DNA of 59,867 nucleotides, filler included. It is 5 parts of 5 records of this genome, joined end to end, with 100 filler letters (N's around TTAATTAATTAA, not from the genome) between each part and the next. Parts side by side here need not be neighbours in the genome. Positions count along the whole stretch, not along the records: positions 45,154 to 54,114 come from SRR31156797_8868; positions 54,215 to 59,867 come from SRR31156797_8873; 3 more parts are not named here. The stretch is one strand, 5' to 3'. The notes beneath the pieces are model-generated. The model worked only from the letters and a program-made list of their open reading frames with translations, was not told the origin of the DNA and searched no databases. This document shows positions 51,115-59,867 of the stretch, piece by piece. The position numbers and the translations under genes are program-made. Every line of letters begins with the position of its first letter. The first letter of the stretch is position 1.

Positions 51115-51848
51115 AAGTATCTCCTCAATCTGCTCTCAAGAAATTTAATTGTAAATTTCTCAAAGATATAACTAAGAGAAATAATGATGGTAGTCCAGGC
51201 TAGGATTTCAGCAGTTTCAATGTTAATCCATGCCCAGTTTATCTGCTCTCCTATCCCGGCTTCAGATTTACTAATAACTTCGGCCATAACGGCAATTTTA
51301 ATAGAAGTAGAGATAAGAGCTCTAAGTCCACCTATAAAATAAGGAACTATTGAAGGAATGTATAAGTTAATTATTTGTTTCTTCTTATCAACTTTGAATA
51401 AATAAGACATATCTATTAACTTTTTATCTGTACTAATAATCCCCTGATAGATACCTAGAGACATATTTGGAACTGTTGATAATATCAGAATTATCACGGG
51501 AATAATACTTGTGTTAAACCAAATCAGCGCAAGCATAATCCAAGAGATCACCGGAGTGCCTTGCCAGAAAATGACAACCGGATATAGAATATTTTTAATT
51601 TGCTTATTAACCCCCATTGAAATTCCTAGAAATAGTCCTATAATAACAGAAATGACAATTCCTAATAAAGCCTTTCCAAATGTAACAAGTATTATCTTAA
51701 TAAAGTCAGGATTAACAACAACTGACTTGATAGAATTCAATACTTCAAGAGGTGATGGTAATATGATCTCAAGGTAAAGTCTGGAGATCATTTCCCATAA
51801 GAAGATTACTACTAAATAAAATCCAATTTTAATTTTCATAAAAATCAT
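51111..51848 (-). CDS. NitT/TauT-family ABC permease
   Basis: ILPSPLEV, TPVISW..LALIW, LYIPSIVPY, AEV. Confidence 0.88.
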   Translation of the reverse strand: MIFMKIKIGFYLVVIFLWEMISRLYLEIILPSPLEVLNSIKSVVVNPDFIKIILVTFGKALLGIVISVIIGLFLGISMGVNKQIKNILYPVVIFWQGTPVISWIMLALIWFNTSIIPVIILILSTVPNMSLGIYQGIISTDKKLIDMSYLFKVDKKKQIINLYIPSIVPYFIGGLRALISTSIKIAVMAEVISKSEAGIGEQINWAWINIETAEILAWTTIIISLSYIFEKFTIKFLESRLRRYL

Positions 51849-52728
51849 CTTTCGGTAACTTAGAAAGAATCTTAGAGTTTATTTTCATTAAGTTTTCTAA
51901 ATAATTTACTACAGAATCTTTTGCTTCAGCCGGTGTATGAAAAATTAGGTTCATATTAGGAATAGCTTTTTCTATAACTTTTGCTGGCATAGGAAGCATA
52001 AGAGCGTCTTTTCCAAGTTTAGCGGCGTCACTAGCATTTTCATTAACCCAAGTTACAGCAGATTTATATTCAGATAGAAATTTTTTGATTTCAGCTTTAT
52101 TTTCGTTGATAAGTTTTTTACTTGCGAAGAACCCAACTTGTGGAATGCCTTGTCCCATATTTATTTTCTCCCATTCGTTTTTATAAACAAATGCTCTTTT
52201 CAATTTTTTATTCTTAAATAAAGCCATAGTTGCTAATGGTTCAGGCAAAACTGCATAATCGATTTTTCCTGTCATAACTAGTTTAGCAACTTCAGGAGAG
52301 GTTCTATACTTCATTTTAGCATTAACATTGTTTTTCTTTAAGATGTATTGAGTGATAACATCAGGAGATGAACCCTGGCCTCCTACGTAGATATCTCTTC
52401 CATTTAGTTCTTTTACACTGTTTAAGTCTTTAGTTGATACAATAGAAAGAATTCCTTCTGTTGTGATTCCAAGAAGTTGTAGATCCTTTCCTTTATTATT
52501 TAGTTTAGCAGCAAGATTAGTTGGTATCGCAAATATATACTCTTTATTTTGCATGATTTTAGGAACTACTTCTGTTACTGTATCAGTAAAGTAGTGAATT
52601 TCAATCTCATTCATATTTTCTGCTGCTTTAATTGCCGGTATTGCAGGTGGAGCCTTCGGTACTAGTACATCAAGTGCAAATGATTGTGTTGTAAGTAGTG
52701 CAAGTAATAGATACTTAATAAGTTTCAT
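51829..52728 (-). CDS. NitT/TauT-family ABC substrate-binding protein
   Basis: Signal peptide; PTNLAAKL.NKG, GSSPD, AVLPEP; TTGACA-17-TAAAAT promoter at 52779-52807. Confidence 0.85.
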   Translation of the reverse strand: MKLIKYLLLALLTTQSFALDVLVPKAPPAIPAIKAAENMNEIEIHYFTDTVTEVVPKIMQNKEYIFAIPTNLAAKLNNKGKDLQLLGITTEGILSIVSTKDLNSVKELNGRDIYVGGQGSSPDVITQYILKKNNVNAKMKYRTSPEVAKLVMTGKIDYAVLPEPLATMALFKNKKLKRAFVYKNEWEKINMGQGIPQVGFFASKKLINENKAEIKKFLSEYKSAVTWVNENASDAAKLGKDALMLPMPAKVIEKAIPNMNLIFHTPAEAKDSVVNYLENLMKINSKILSKLPKDDFYEN

Positions 52729-53190
52729 GATTTATTCCTCCTAAAAATTTTATATATAATTTTGTACTTAGACTCTTTATTTTATAGTTATACTCAGGAA
52801 ATGTCAAGAATGAGTGATTAAAAGTAATAAAAATAATAGTTGAGGTTTATTTTTATTATAAACTCAACTCTAAAAGTCCTATAATTGAAGATATGAACAA
52901 TTAATAAAAAATTAACAAAACCTTGTAGTAAATTTAGTAATCGATTTAAACATAACTCACATATAAGATGAGTGTATGAACATACCGATACAATAAACCG
53001 AGTAAAAAAGTAAAAAATATTAACTGAAAAAATTTATAACATGCCAATTTTAATTAGCGACAAAATCAATATAATTTAAATATAATATAAAAATTAATAA
53101 AAATGAACGTTAGTATATATAAAATATATTGTATTTCTGATCAAAATATAGTAAAATAGAACAGACTTTATTAAATATGGAGGTTTGTAT

Positions 53191-54114
53191 ATGAAAAAAG
53201 GTAAAATCAATCTTGGTATTGCAATACTAATTGCAATGATCCTTGGTATCGTTACTGGTGCGGTTATGAAAGGCCAAGCTGCAATGTTTGCACCGCTTGG
53301 AAATGTATTCATTCATTTAATCAAAATGATGGTTATCCCATTAGTAACAGTTTCAATCATCTTAGGTGCTTCTGCGCTAGGTGAAACGAAGTCTGCTGGA
53401 AAAATTGGTGTAGGTACATTTGTTTATTACTTAGGAACAACTGCTGTAGCTGTAGTTCTAGGATTACTATTTGGTGGAATTTTCAAGCCGGGTCTTGGAT
53501 TATCTAAAATTCCTGAGGAATTCTTAGATAAAGCTGGAGATTTAGCTGCAAAAGGTGAGATTGCAGGTTTCTGGGATACAATTTTAGGAATTATTCCAAC
53601 TAATCCAATTCAAGGTTTAGTACAAGGAAATATCTTACAAATTTTATTCTTCAGTTTATTTTTAGGTATTGCATTATCTAAACTTGCAAAAGAAAAAAGA
53701 GAACCTGTTATAACTGTACTTTCAAGTTTAAATGAAGCTATGATATGGATGATCATGAAGGTTATGGTCTTAGCTCCAATAGGGGTATTTGGACTTATGG
53801 CAAATGCTGTAGGTACATTTGGATATGATATCCTAGCATTAGTTGTTAAACTTCTTGTTGTTTATACAGTTGCACTTGCAATTCAAACATTTGTAGTTTA
53901 TCCATCACTTGTAAAAGTTCTAGGGAAAATGTCTCCGGTATATTTCATTAAGAAGATTTATAAAGCTCAAATCGTTGCTTTATCTACATCTTCATCAATG
54001 GCAACATTACCAATAACATTTGAAGTATGTGAAGAAGAGTTAGAGGTTTCAAATGAAACAACTTCATTCGTACTTCCACTTGGAGCAACTATTAACATGG
54101 ATGGAAATGCAATC
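53191..54114 (+). CDS. Dicarboxylate/amino acid:cation symporter (DAACS), truncated by the contig end
   Basis: IKMMVIPLV, IPTNP, APIGVF, STSSSMATLP, LPLGATINMDG. Confidence 0.93.
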
Positions 54115-54214
54115 NNNNNNNNNNNNNNNNNNNNNNNNNNNNNNNNNNNNNNNNNNNNTTAATTAATTAANNNNNNNNNNNNNNNNNNNNNNNNNNNNNN
54201 NNNNNNNNNNNNNN
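54115..54214. other. Artificial contig linker
   Basis: Same linker structure. Confidence 0.98.
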
Positions 54215-57128
54215 TGAGATGATAAGTCATGTGGTAAATGACGATAATTCTTTAGTAAATAATAATGTTAATAGTGTTTTAGAAGATAAGAACAATAATA
54301 TTTGGTTTGCCACAAACAATGGCGTAAGTGTTCTGAATGTTAGATCGAATAAATGGAGTACCTTTTTTCATAATAAGGAAAAAGATGCCCAGGTATTTCT
54401 TAAATTATTTGAAGATTCAAAAGGACGAATCTGGGCAAGTACCTATTCTTCAGGTATCTATATTCTTAATAAATACAACGGAAAGGTTATTAAACGTTTA
54501 AGTCATGAGTATACTCCTGGCGATTTTAATGGCGATTTTGTTTTTGATATATTCGAAGATGAAGATAAAAATGTGTGGCTAGGTGGCGTTAGGGGAGATT
54601 TGATGAGCTATAACATTGAAGCGGATACATTTCGGTCTTATGTTGAATTAGCGATATATGTTATTATACCATATGGAAAGGAGAAGCTGTTATTGGGTAC
54701 AGTTGATGGTTTGCAAGTTTTTGATAAGAACAGTGGCGAAGTTGAAATGTTGCTAAAAGGAATTTATCCTAACGATTTATGCATTGATAAGAGTAATATA
54801 TGGATGGCAACTGGAGGCGATGGAGTTGTAAGGTATAATGTGACAGATAAATCGGTAAAAAAATTTACAGTGGACGATGGTCTTCCTAGTAATTACGTAA
54901 ATAGCATTGTATTTACTAACGGTTTCTTTTGGATGGGAACTGAGCGGGGGCTGTGCAAATTAAACAAGGAAGATTTATCGATTCAATCATTTAATTCCAT
55001 GCTGTATTTTGGACAAGTCTCATTCAATCAGAAATGTCATTGTATTCTTAAAAATGGAAAATTATTGATGGGAGCCAATAAAGGGGCCCTAATGTTTAAT
55101 CCTGAACTGTTAAGCTTAACTCCCGAAAAAGGTAATATTTATATCCAGGATATTTCTGTATCTGGTCGGTCTATTAGAGACATATCAGAATTAAAGCCAC
55201 AGGTTCCGATTGATAAACTGAAAGACTTATCGTTAAAGTATTTTCAAAATACAATAGGTTTAGAGTTGATCCCTATTGGCGTTAGCTCACAAGGCGTTAA
55301 GTTTACATGGAAAATGGAAGGTTTGGATGAGCAGTGGAGCAAGCCCATAGATAATAAGATTTTATCCTATTCAAACATTCCTCCCGGAGATTATACCCTA
55401 AAAATCAGAATGCTTGATAATTCTGTTTCGCAGGTAATTGCAGAAAGAGAAGTTCGATTAAATATGATTCCTCCTTACTGGAAAACATGGTGGTTCCGGT
55501 TGGTAGTTGTAACCTTTGTAATCGGAATTACAATAGTCGTTCTGTTTTATTATATCAATCATTTAAATAAGGTTCATTCAGAGGAAAAAATTCGTTTTTT
55601 TGTAAATACTGCGCACGATATGCGTACTTCATTAACGCTTATAAATGGGCCTATTGAAGAGTTAAATAAAGAGTCTGGCCTGTCAAACAAAGGACACCAT
55701 TATTTACATCTGGCAACAGAACAAACACATCGGTTACTAAAAGTTGTAACGCAACTTATGGATTTTCAGAAATCTGATATCGGAAAAGAGAAATTATCAC
55801 TTACAAAGATTGATATTGTTAAAATGGTATCAGACCGGGTAATGATGTTTGAATCTTTTGCCGGTAATAACAATATAAAACTACATTTTCATACAAATGT
55901 TCCTCAATTTCACACGAGTGTAGATGAAACAATGATTGAAAAAGTAGTTGATAATTTGATATCAAATGCGGTTAAATATTCGCATGTTGGAACTAAAGTT
56001 CAGGTTAATTTAGAATGTTTATCAGCCAAATGGATTTTAGAGGTAAAAGACCAGGGTATTGGAATTAGTAAAAAGGCACAGCGTCAGCTGTTTAAAGAAT
56101 ATTATCGTGCTGAGAATGTTGTTAACAGCAAAATTGTTGGTTCGGGTATTGGTTTGCTGCTGGTTAAAAACTACATCAATCTTCACGGAGGAAAAATAAG
56201 TTGTTCCAGTCAGTTAAATGATGGTTCAACCTTTCAGGTGGTTGTTCCAATCCTGAATCTGGAAACCTCAACGGAACCTCATGTCAACGTAAAAAACGAA
56301 AGTGTAGATACTTCTCAGAAACAGAAAACAAATATTGTTGCGTTAAACGATAACGAAGAACAGGACCTGACAAGAATGAAGATATTGGTTGTGGAAGACA
56401 ACGAGTACCTCAGAGAATTTTTAAATTCTTCGTTAGATGAGCAGTTTGATATTTATTTAGCTGAAGATGGTGAACAAGCCTGGAAGGCAATAAACGAGCT
56501 AACGCCTGATTTGGTGGTTTCTGATATAGTGATGCCTAAAATGGATGGGTTTGAGTTATGCCAGAAAATAAAAGTAACTTACGAAACTTCTCACCTTCCT
56601 GTTATTTTGTTAACATCTCTGGCCGGAAAGGCAGAACAACTCCATGGTCTTGGACTTGGAGCAGACGACTACCTCACAAAACCGTTCGATATTTCTTTAT
56701 TAAATCAGCGTATTAAAACATTAGTTAAAAACAGGGAGATTATTCGGGAAAAAGCATTAAAACTTATTCGCAGAGATGAAGACAAGGACGTGACAATTTT
56801 AGAAAATGAGCTTAATGATAAGTTTTTAAAGAAGATGATTGACGTAGTTCATGAAAATATTTCAAATGCCAAGTTTGCAAAAAATGATTTTGCAGTAGCC
56901 ATGAATGTAAGTCCATCATTGTTGTATAAAAAAGTAAAATCCTTAACCGATCAATCTCCTACCGATTTTATAAAAACCATAAGGCTGAACCACTCAGTTG
57001 AATTGCTTAAGTCAAAAAAATATACAATAACAGAAGTAAGTGAATTGTGTGGCTTTGCCAGTGTTGGCTATTTTAGTACCGTGTTTAGAAAACACTATGG
57101 AAAATCTCCCACACAGTTGAATGAATAG
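54215..57128 (+). CDS. Hybrid two-component system sensor/regulator (HTCS), 5'-truncated
   Basis: Propeller repeats, Y_Y_Y domain, PPYWKTWW TM, AHDMRT HisKA, HATPase, receiver, AraC HTH. Confidence 0.95.
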
Positions 57129-57284
57129 CACCATTAGCTTGCATCAATAACAAAACATTAGCCACAATTAATTCTGTAACCTCGCTTAATATAGCCCTGT
57201 TGTAACTGATATTTTTATCTTTTATGAATTATAACAAAGGGTTTGCGTGTTGTAATAGTCAGTGATTCAGTGTGTTGGTAATTG

Positions 57285-57349
57285 TGTCTCAAATTTGAAA
57301 TCTAATGTCTAGAATTTAAATCCGTCCTAAAAGTCATGTTCTATTTTTG
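57285..57349 (+). promoter_or_regulatory. Candidate HTCS binding site plus -7 element
   Basis: TGTCTnnAATTT at 57285 and 57306 (21-bp period); TATTTTTG at 57342-57349. Confidence 0.65.
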
Positions 57350-57423
57350 ATTCTGTTGAAGTGAAAGTTATAAAACACGGAAACATAAATTTAAATTACT
57401 AATTGCCTAAAGTTGATATGAAC

Positions 57424-59145
57424 ATGAAAAGAAGGACTTTAATTCAAGTTCTGTATGTTAGTCTGTTATTCGCAGGAATTATATCTAATCAAGCCTGTAA
57501 GTCAACAGCAAATTCTCCTGAATTTTTAACCGATAGTCTGGTTGCTCATTTCGATAATTTCTTCTATAAAGGTGATGATATTTATTACAATGAAAATCCA
57601 CTTCCGGGAGAAGATTTCTTCTATAATCCGGTTTTGCCAGGATGGTATTCTGATCCGAGTATATGCACAAATGGGGAAGATTATTTTATGGTTACCTCTA
57701 CCTTCTCATATTTTCCTGGAGTACCCATATTTCATAGTTCCGATTTAATGAATTGGAAGCAGATAGGTCATGTACTTAACAGAGAAGAACAGCTTCTGTT
57801 AGAAGGACAGAAGGTTAGTAAAGGAATATTTGCTCCGGCCATTAGCTATAATCCTTTAAATAAAACATATTACATGATTACCACTAATGTTGGTCATGGT
57901 AATTTTTTCGTAAAAACAAAAGATCCGTTTGGAGAATGGTCTGATCCTATTTGGTTACCTGATGTTCATGGTATTGATCCTTCTTTCCTTTTTGATGACG
58001 ATGGAAAAGCTTATATCGTAAACAACGACGAACCCGATGGAGGTTCAACTTACGAAGGTCATAGGGCAATAAGAATCATCGAATTTGATGTGGATAGCAA
58101 TAAGACCATTGGAAAAAGCAAAATGATAGTTAATGGAGGAGTTGACCTTTCGGAAAAACCGATTTGGATAGAAGGTCCACATTTATATAACATATTCGGA
58201 AGTTACTTTTTAATGTGCGCCGAAGGAGGTACAAGTGTTAATCATCGCGAAGTTGTTTTTAAAAGTGATTCTCCTTTTGGCAAATTTGAACCATGGGATA
58301 ATAATCCAATCTTAACACAAAAGCACCTGGCAGAAGACAGAGCTTTTCCTGTTACCTGTGCAGGACATGCCGACTTAATTAAAAAAAGAAATGGTCAGTG
58401 GTGGGCAGTATTTTTAGCTTGCAGACCCATTGAGAACCAATTTGAAAACCTTGGGCGGGAAACCTTTATTATGCCGGTTAGCTGGAGTAAAGATGGATTC
58501 CCATATATAACAGGAGGTAACGAGGTGTTACCGCGAATTGTTCAAATGGATGGTGTAAAAAGAGCTGATGAGGTTACTTTTGGAAACTTTGAGAAGACAG
58601 ATGAATTTGATTCACCCAAACTGGATCATGAATGGTTAACCTTACGGGGAGATGCAAAAGAGCATTATTCATTGACTGATAATCCTGGTTTTCTGACATT
58701 AAATTGTGCCGATGTTTCATCTTCGGAATTAAAATCACCTGCGTTTGTTGGTCGACGTTTACAGCATCATACATTTGAATGTTCTACCCGGATGTATTTT
58801 TCTCCGGAAACAGAGAGCGAATCGGCAGGACTACTATTAATGAAAGATGAAACACATCAATACCAGTTATTGGTTGAAAAGGCGGAAGATCAAACACAGA
58901 TTAGCCTTACGAAATTAAGTGAAGACAAACTGGAAACGATTCAAAAAAACTTTATAGAGCCGGAAGAATCAGCTATTCAGCTAAAAATTAAATCCGATGG
59001 CTACACTTTTAGCTTTTTCTATGCTACCCAAGATAAAGATTGGCTTTTGTTAGCGGATAACGTAGATGCTTCATATTTATCTACGGCTAATTCGTGGGGA
59101 TTTACTGGAACTACGGTTGGTATGTATGCATCTAATAGTCAGTAA
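57424..59145 (+). CDS. GH43 beta-xylosidase/arabinofuranosidase with C-terminal beta-sandwich, probable lipoprotein
   Basis: NPVLPGWYSDPSIC, STFSYFPGVPIFHS, IFAP, GIDPS, WIEGPH, AEGGT, GHADL, LGRETF, FTG...GMYA. Confidence 0.93.
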   Translation: MKRRTLIQVLYVSLLFAGIISNQACKSTANSPEFLTDSLVAHFDNFFYKGDDIYYNENPLPGEDFFYNPVLPGWYSDPSICTNGEDYFMVTSTFSYFPGVPIFHSSDLMNWKQIGHVLNREEQLLLEGQKVSKGIFAPAISYNPLNKTYYMITTNVGHGNFFVKTKDPFGEWSDPIWLPDVHGIDPSFLFDDDGKAYIVNNDEPDGGSTYEGHRAIRIIEFDVDSNKTIGKSKMIVNGGVDLSEKPIWIEGPHLYNIFGSYFLMCAEGGTSVNHREVVFKSDSPFGKFEPWDNNPILTQKHLAEDRAFPVTCAGHADLIKKRNGQWWAVFLACRPIENQFENLGRETFIMPVSWSKDGFPYITGGNEVLPRIVQMDGVKRADEVTFGNFEKTDEFDSPKLDHEWLTLRGDAKEHYSLTDNPGFLTLNCADVSSSELKSPAFVGRRLQHHTFECSTRMYFSPETESESAGLLLMKDETHQYQLLVEKAEDQTQISLTKLSEDKLETIQKNFIEPEESAIQLKIKSDGYTFSFFYATQDKDWLLLADNVDASYLSTANSWGFTGTTVGMYASNSQ

Positions 59146-59363
59146 TAAGAAGACTAACCAAAGTAAGATATATATGAATTTATTAACCAAAAGATTCAAA
59201 TTATGATTAAACACGATTACAAAAAAAAACTGTACAAACATTCACTTTTTTAAGACGGATTATTAGTAATCCTTGAAGAAAGAAGTGTGTTTGCACATTG
59301 ATTCCAAACTATTATTAAAATTCGAGATTTAGAATTTATTTATCAAATTAATTTGAGAAACTT

Positions 59364-59867
59364 ATGAAGCAAAGAACTTATTTTTTATCACAGAAAAATT
59401 CCTGTTCAGCATGCAGGAACCGATTGATAAAAACAGTGGTTCTCTTGTGTGGTTTTTTTATCAGTCTCACTGTTTTTTCGCAAAACCAAAAGACTATTAA
59501 AGGAACAATTATAGATTCACAGGAGAATCCGATCCCAGGAGCTACAATTATCTTAAAAGGAAGTACAAGTGTTGGTACGGTTGCCGATTTTGAGGGTAAC
59601 TTTACTATAACAGTACCTCAGGATGCAGCAACTCTTGTTGTAACATTTGTAGGAATGAAAACAGCAGAGGTAGATATTACATCTGCATCTGTTCTTACGG
59701 TGAAAATGGAAGATTCAAGTGTTCAGTTAGAAGAAACCGTTGTGGTTGGTTATGGCCAGCAAAAGAAGAAAAGTGTAGTGGGGGCCATTACTCAAACAAC
59801 TGGTGAGGTTCTTAAACGTTCTGCAGGTATAACAAACGTTGGATCAGCGTTAACCGGTAACCTGCCA
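59364..59867 (+). CDS. SusC/RagA-family TonB-dependent transporter, N-terminal part
   Basis: Not in the ORF track. Reads MKQRTY...IKGTIIDSQENPIPGATIILKG...GTVADFEGNFT...LEETVVVGYGQQKKKSVVGAITQ...ALTGNLP, open to the window end. Confidence 0.93.
   Translation, partial: MKQRTYFLSQKNSCSACRNRLIKTVVLLCGFFISLTVFSQNQKTIKGTIIDSQENPIPGATIILKGSTSVGTVADFEGNFTITVPQDAATLVVTFVGMKTAEVDITSASVLTVKMEDSSVQLEETVVVGYGQQKKKSVVGAITQTTGEVLKRSAGITNVGSALTGNLP

Noticed and set aside
59203-59265. 20-codon ORF MIKHDYKKKLYKHSLFKTDY before susC
   Set aside because: No terminator or alternative structure nearby; expected by chance.

Overview
The window is not one continuous locus. It consists of five contigs joined by four identical 100-nt artificial linkers (44 N + TTAATTAATTAA + 44 N) at 18201-18300, 38030-38129, 45054-45153 and 54115-54214, and the contigs look like different organisms. 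Contig 1 (1-18200, Bacteroidota): a RelE/HigA-type toxin-antitoxin pair, a cassette-like aspartyl-protease lipoprotein gene flanked by attC-like half sites, T9SS-secreted glycan enzymes (PL1, GH127/146), GH97, a 7TMR-DISM kinase, an MtfA/M90 peptidase and a LamG/CBM T9SS protein. Contig 2 (18301-38029, Bacteroidota): mostly housekeeping (yidC, pyrG, TonB-dependent receptor, DUF349, trmD, M28, HD, CDF), two histidine kinases, FkbM and an SQR-family flavoprotein. Contig 3 (38130-45053, higher GC, diderm, FCB-like): 2-oxoacid:ferredoxin oxidoreductase subunits, rseP, a TonB receptor plus lipoprotein, GTAG-type REPs and heptamer repeats. Contig 4 (45154-54114, very AT-rich, GGAGG ribosome sites and TTGACA promoters): a probable leader-peptide attenuator, HD-GYP, ferredoxin-type and TSCPD proteins, a NitT/TauT ABC transporter and a DAACS symporter. 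Contig 5 (54215-59867, Bacteroidota): the start of a polysaccharide utilisation locus (HTCS, GH43, SusC). I saw no CRISPR array, rRNA, tRNA, transposase or recognisable defence island. The best candidates for undescribed biology are (i) a zincin domain inserted into the middle of a duplicated CBM-like domain, (ii) an unannotated 29-codon leader with antiterminator/terminator, (iii) the integron-like cassette remnant, and (iv) a sensorless kinase with a 49-residue tandem repeat. All family calls come from motif recognition by eye, not from database searches.
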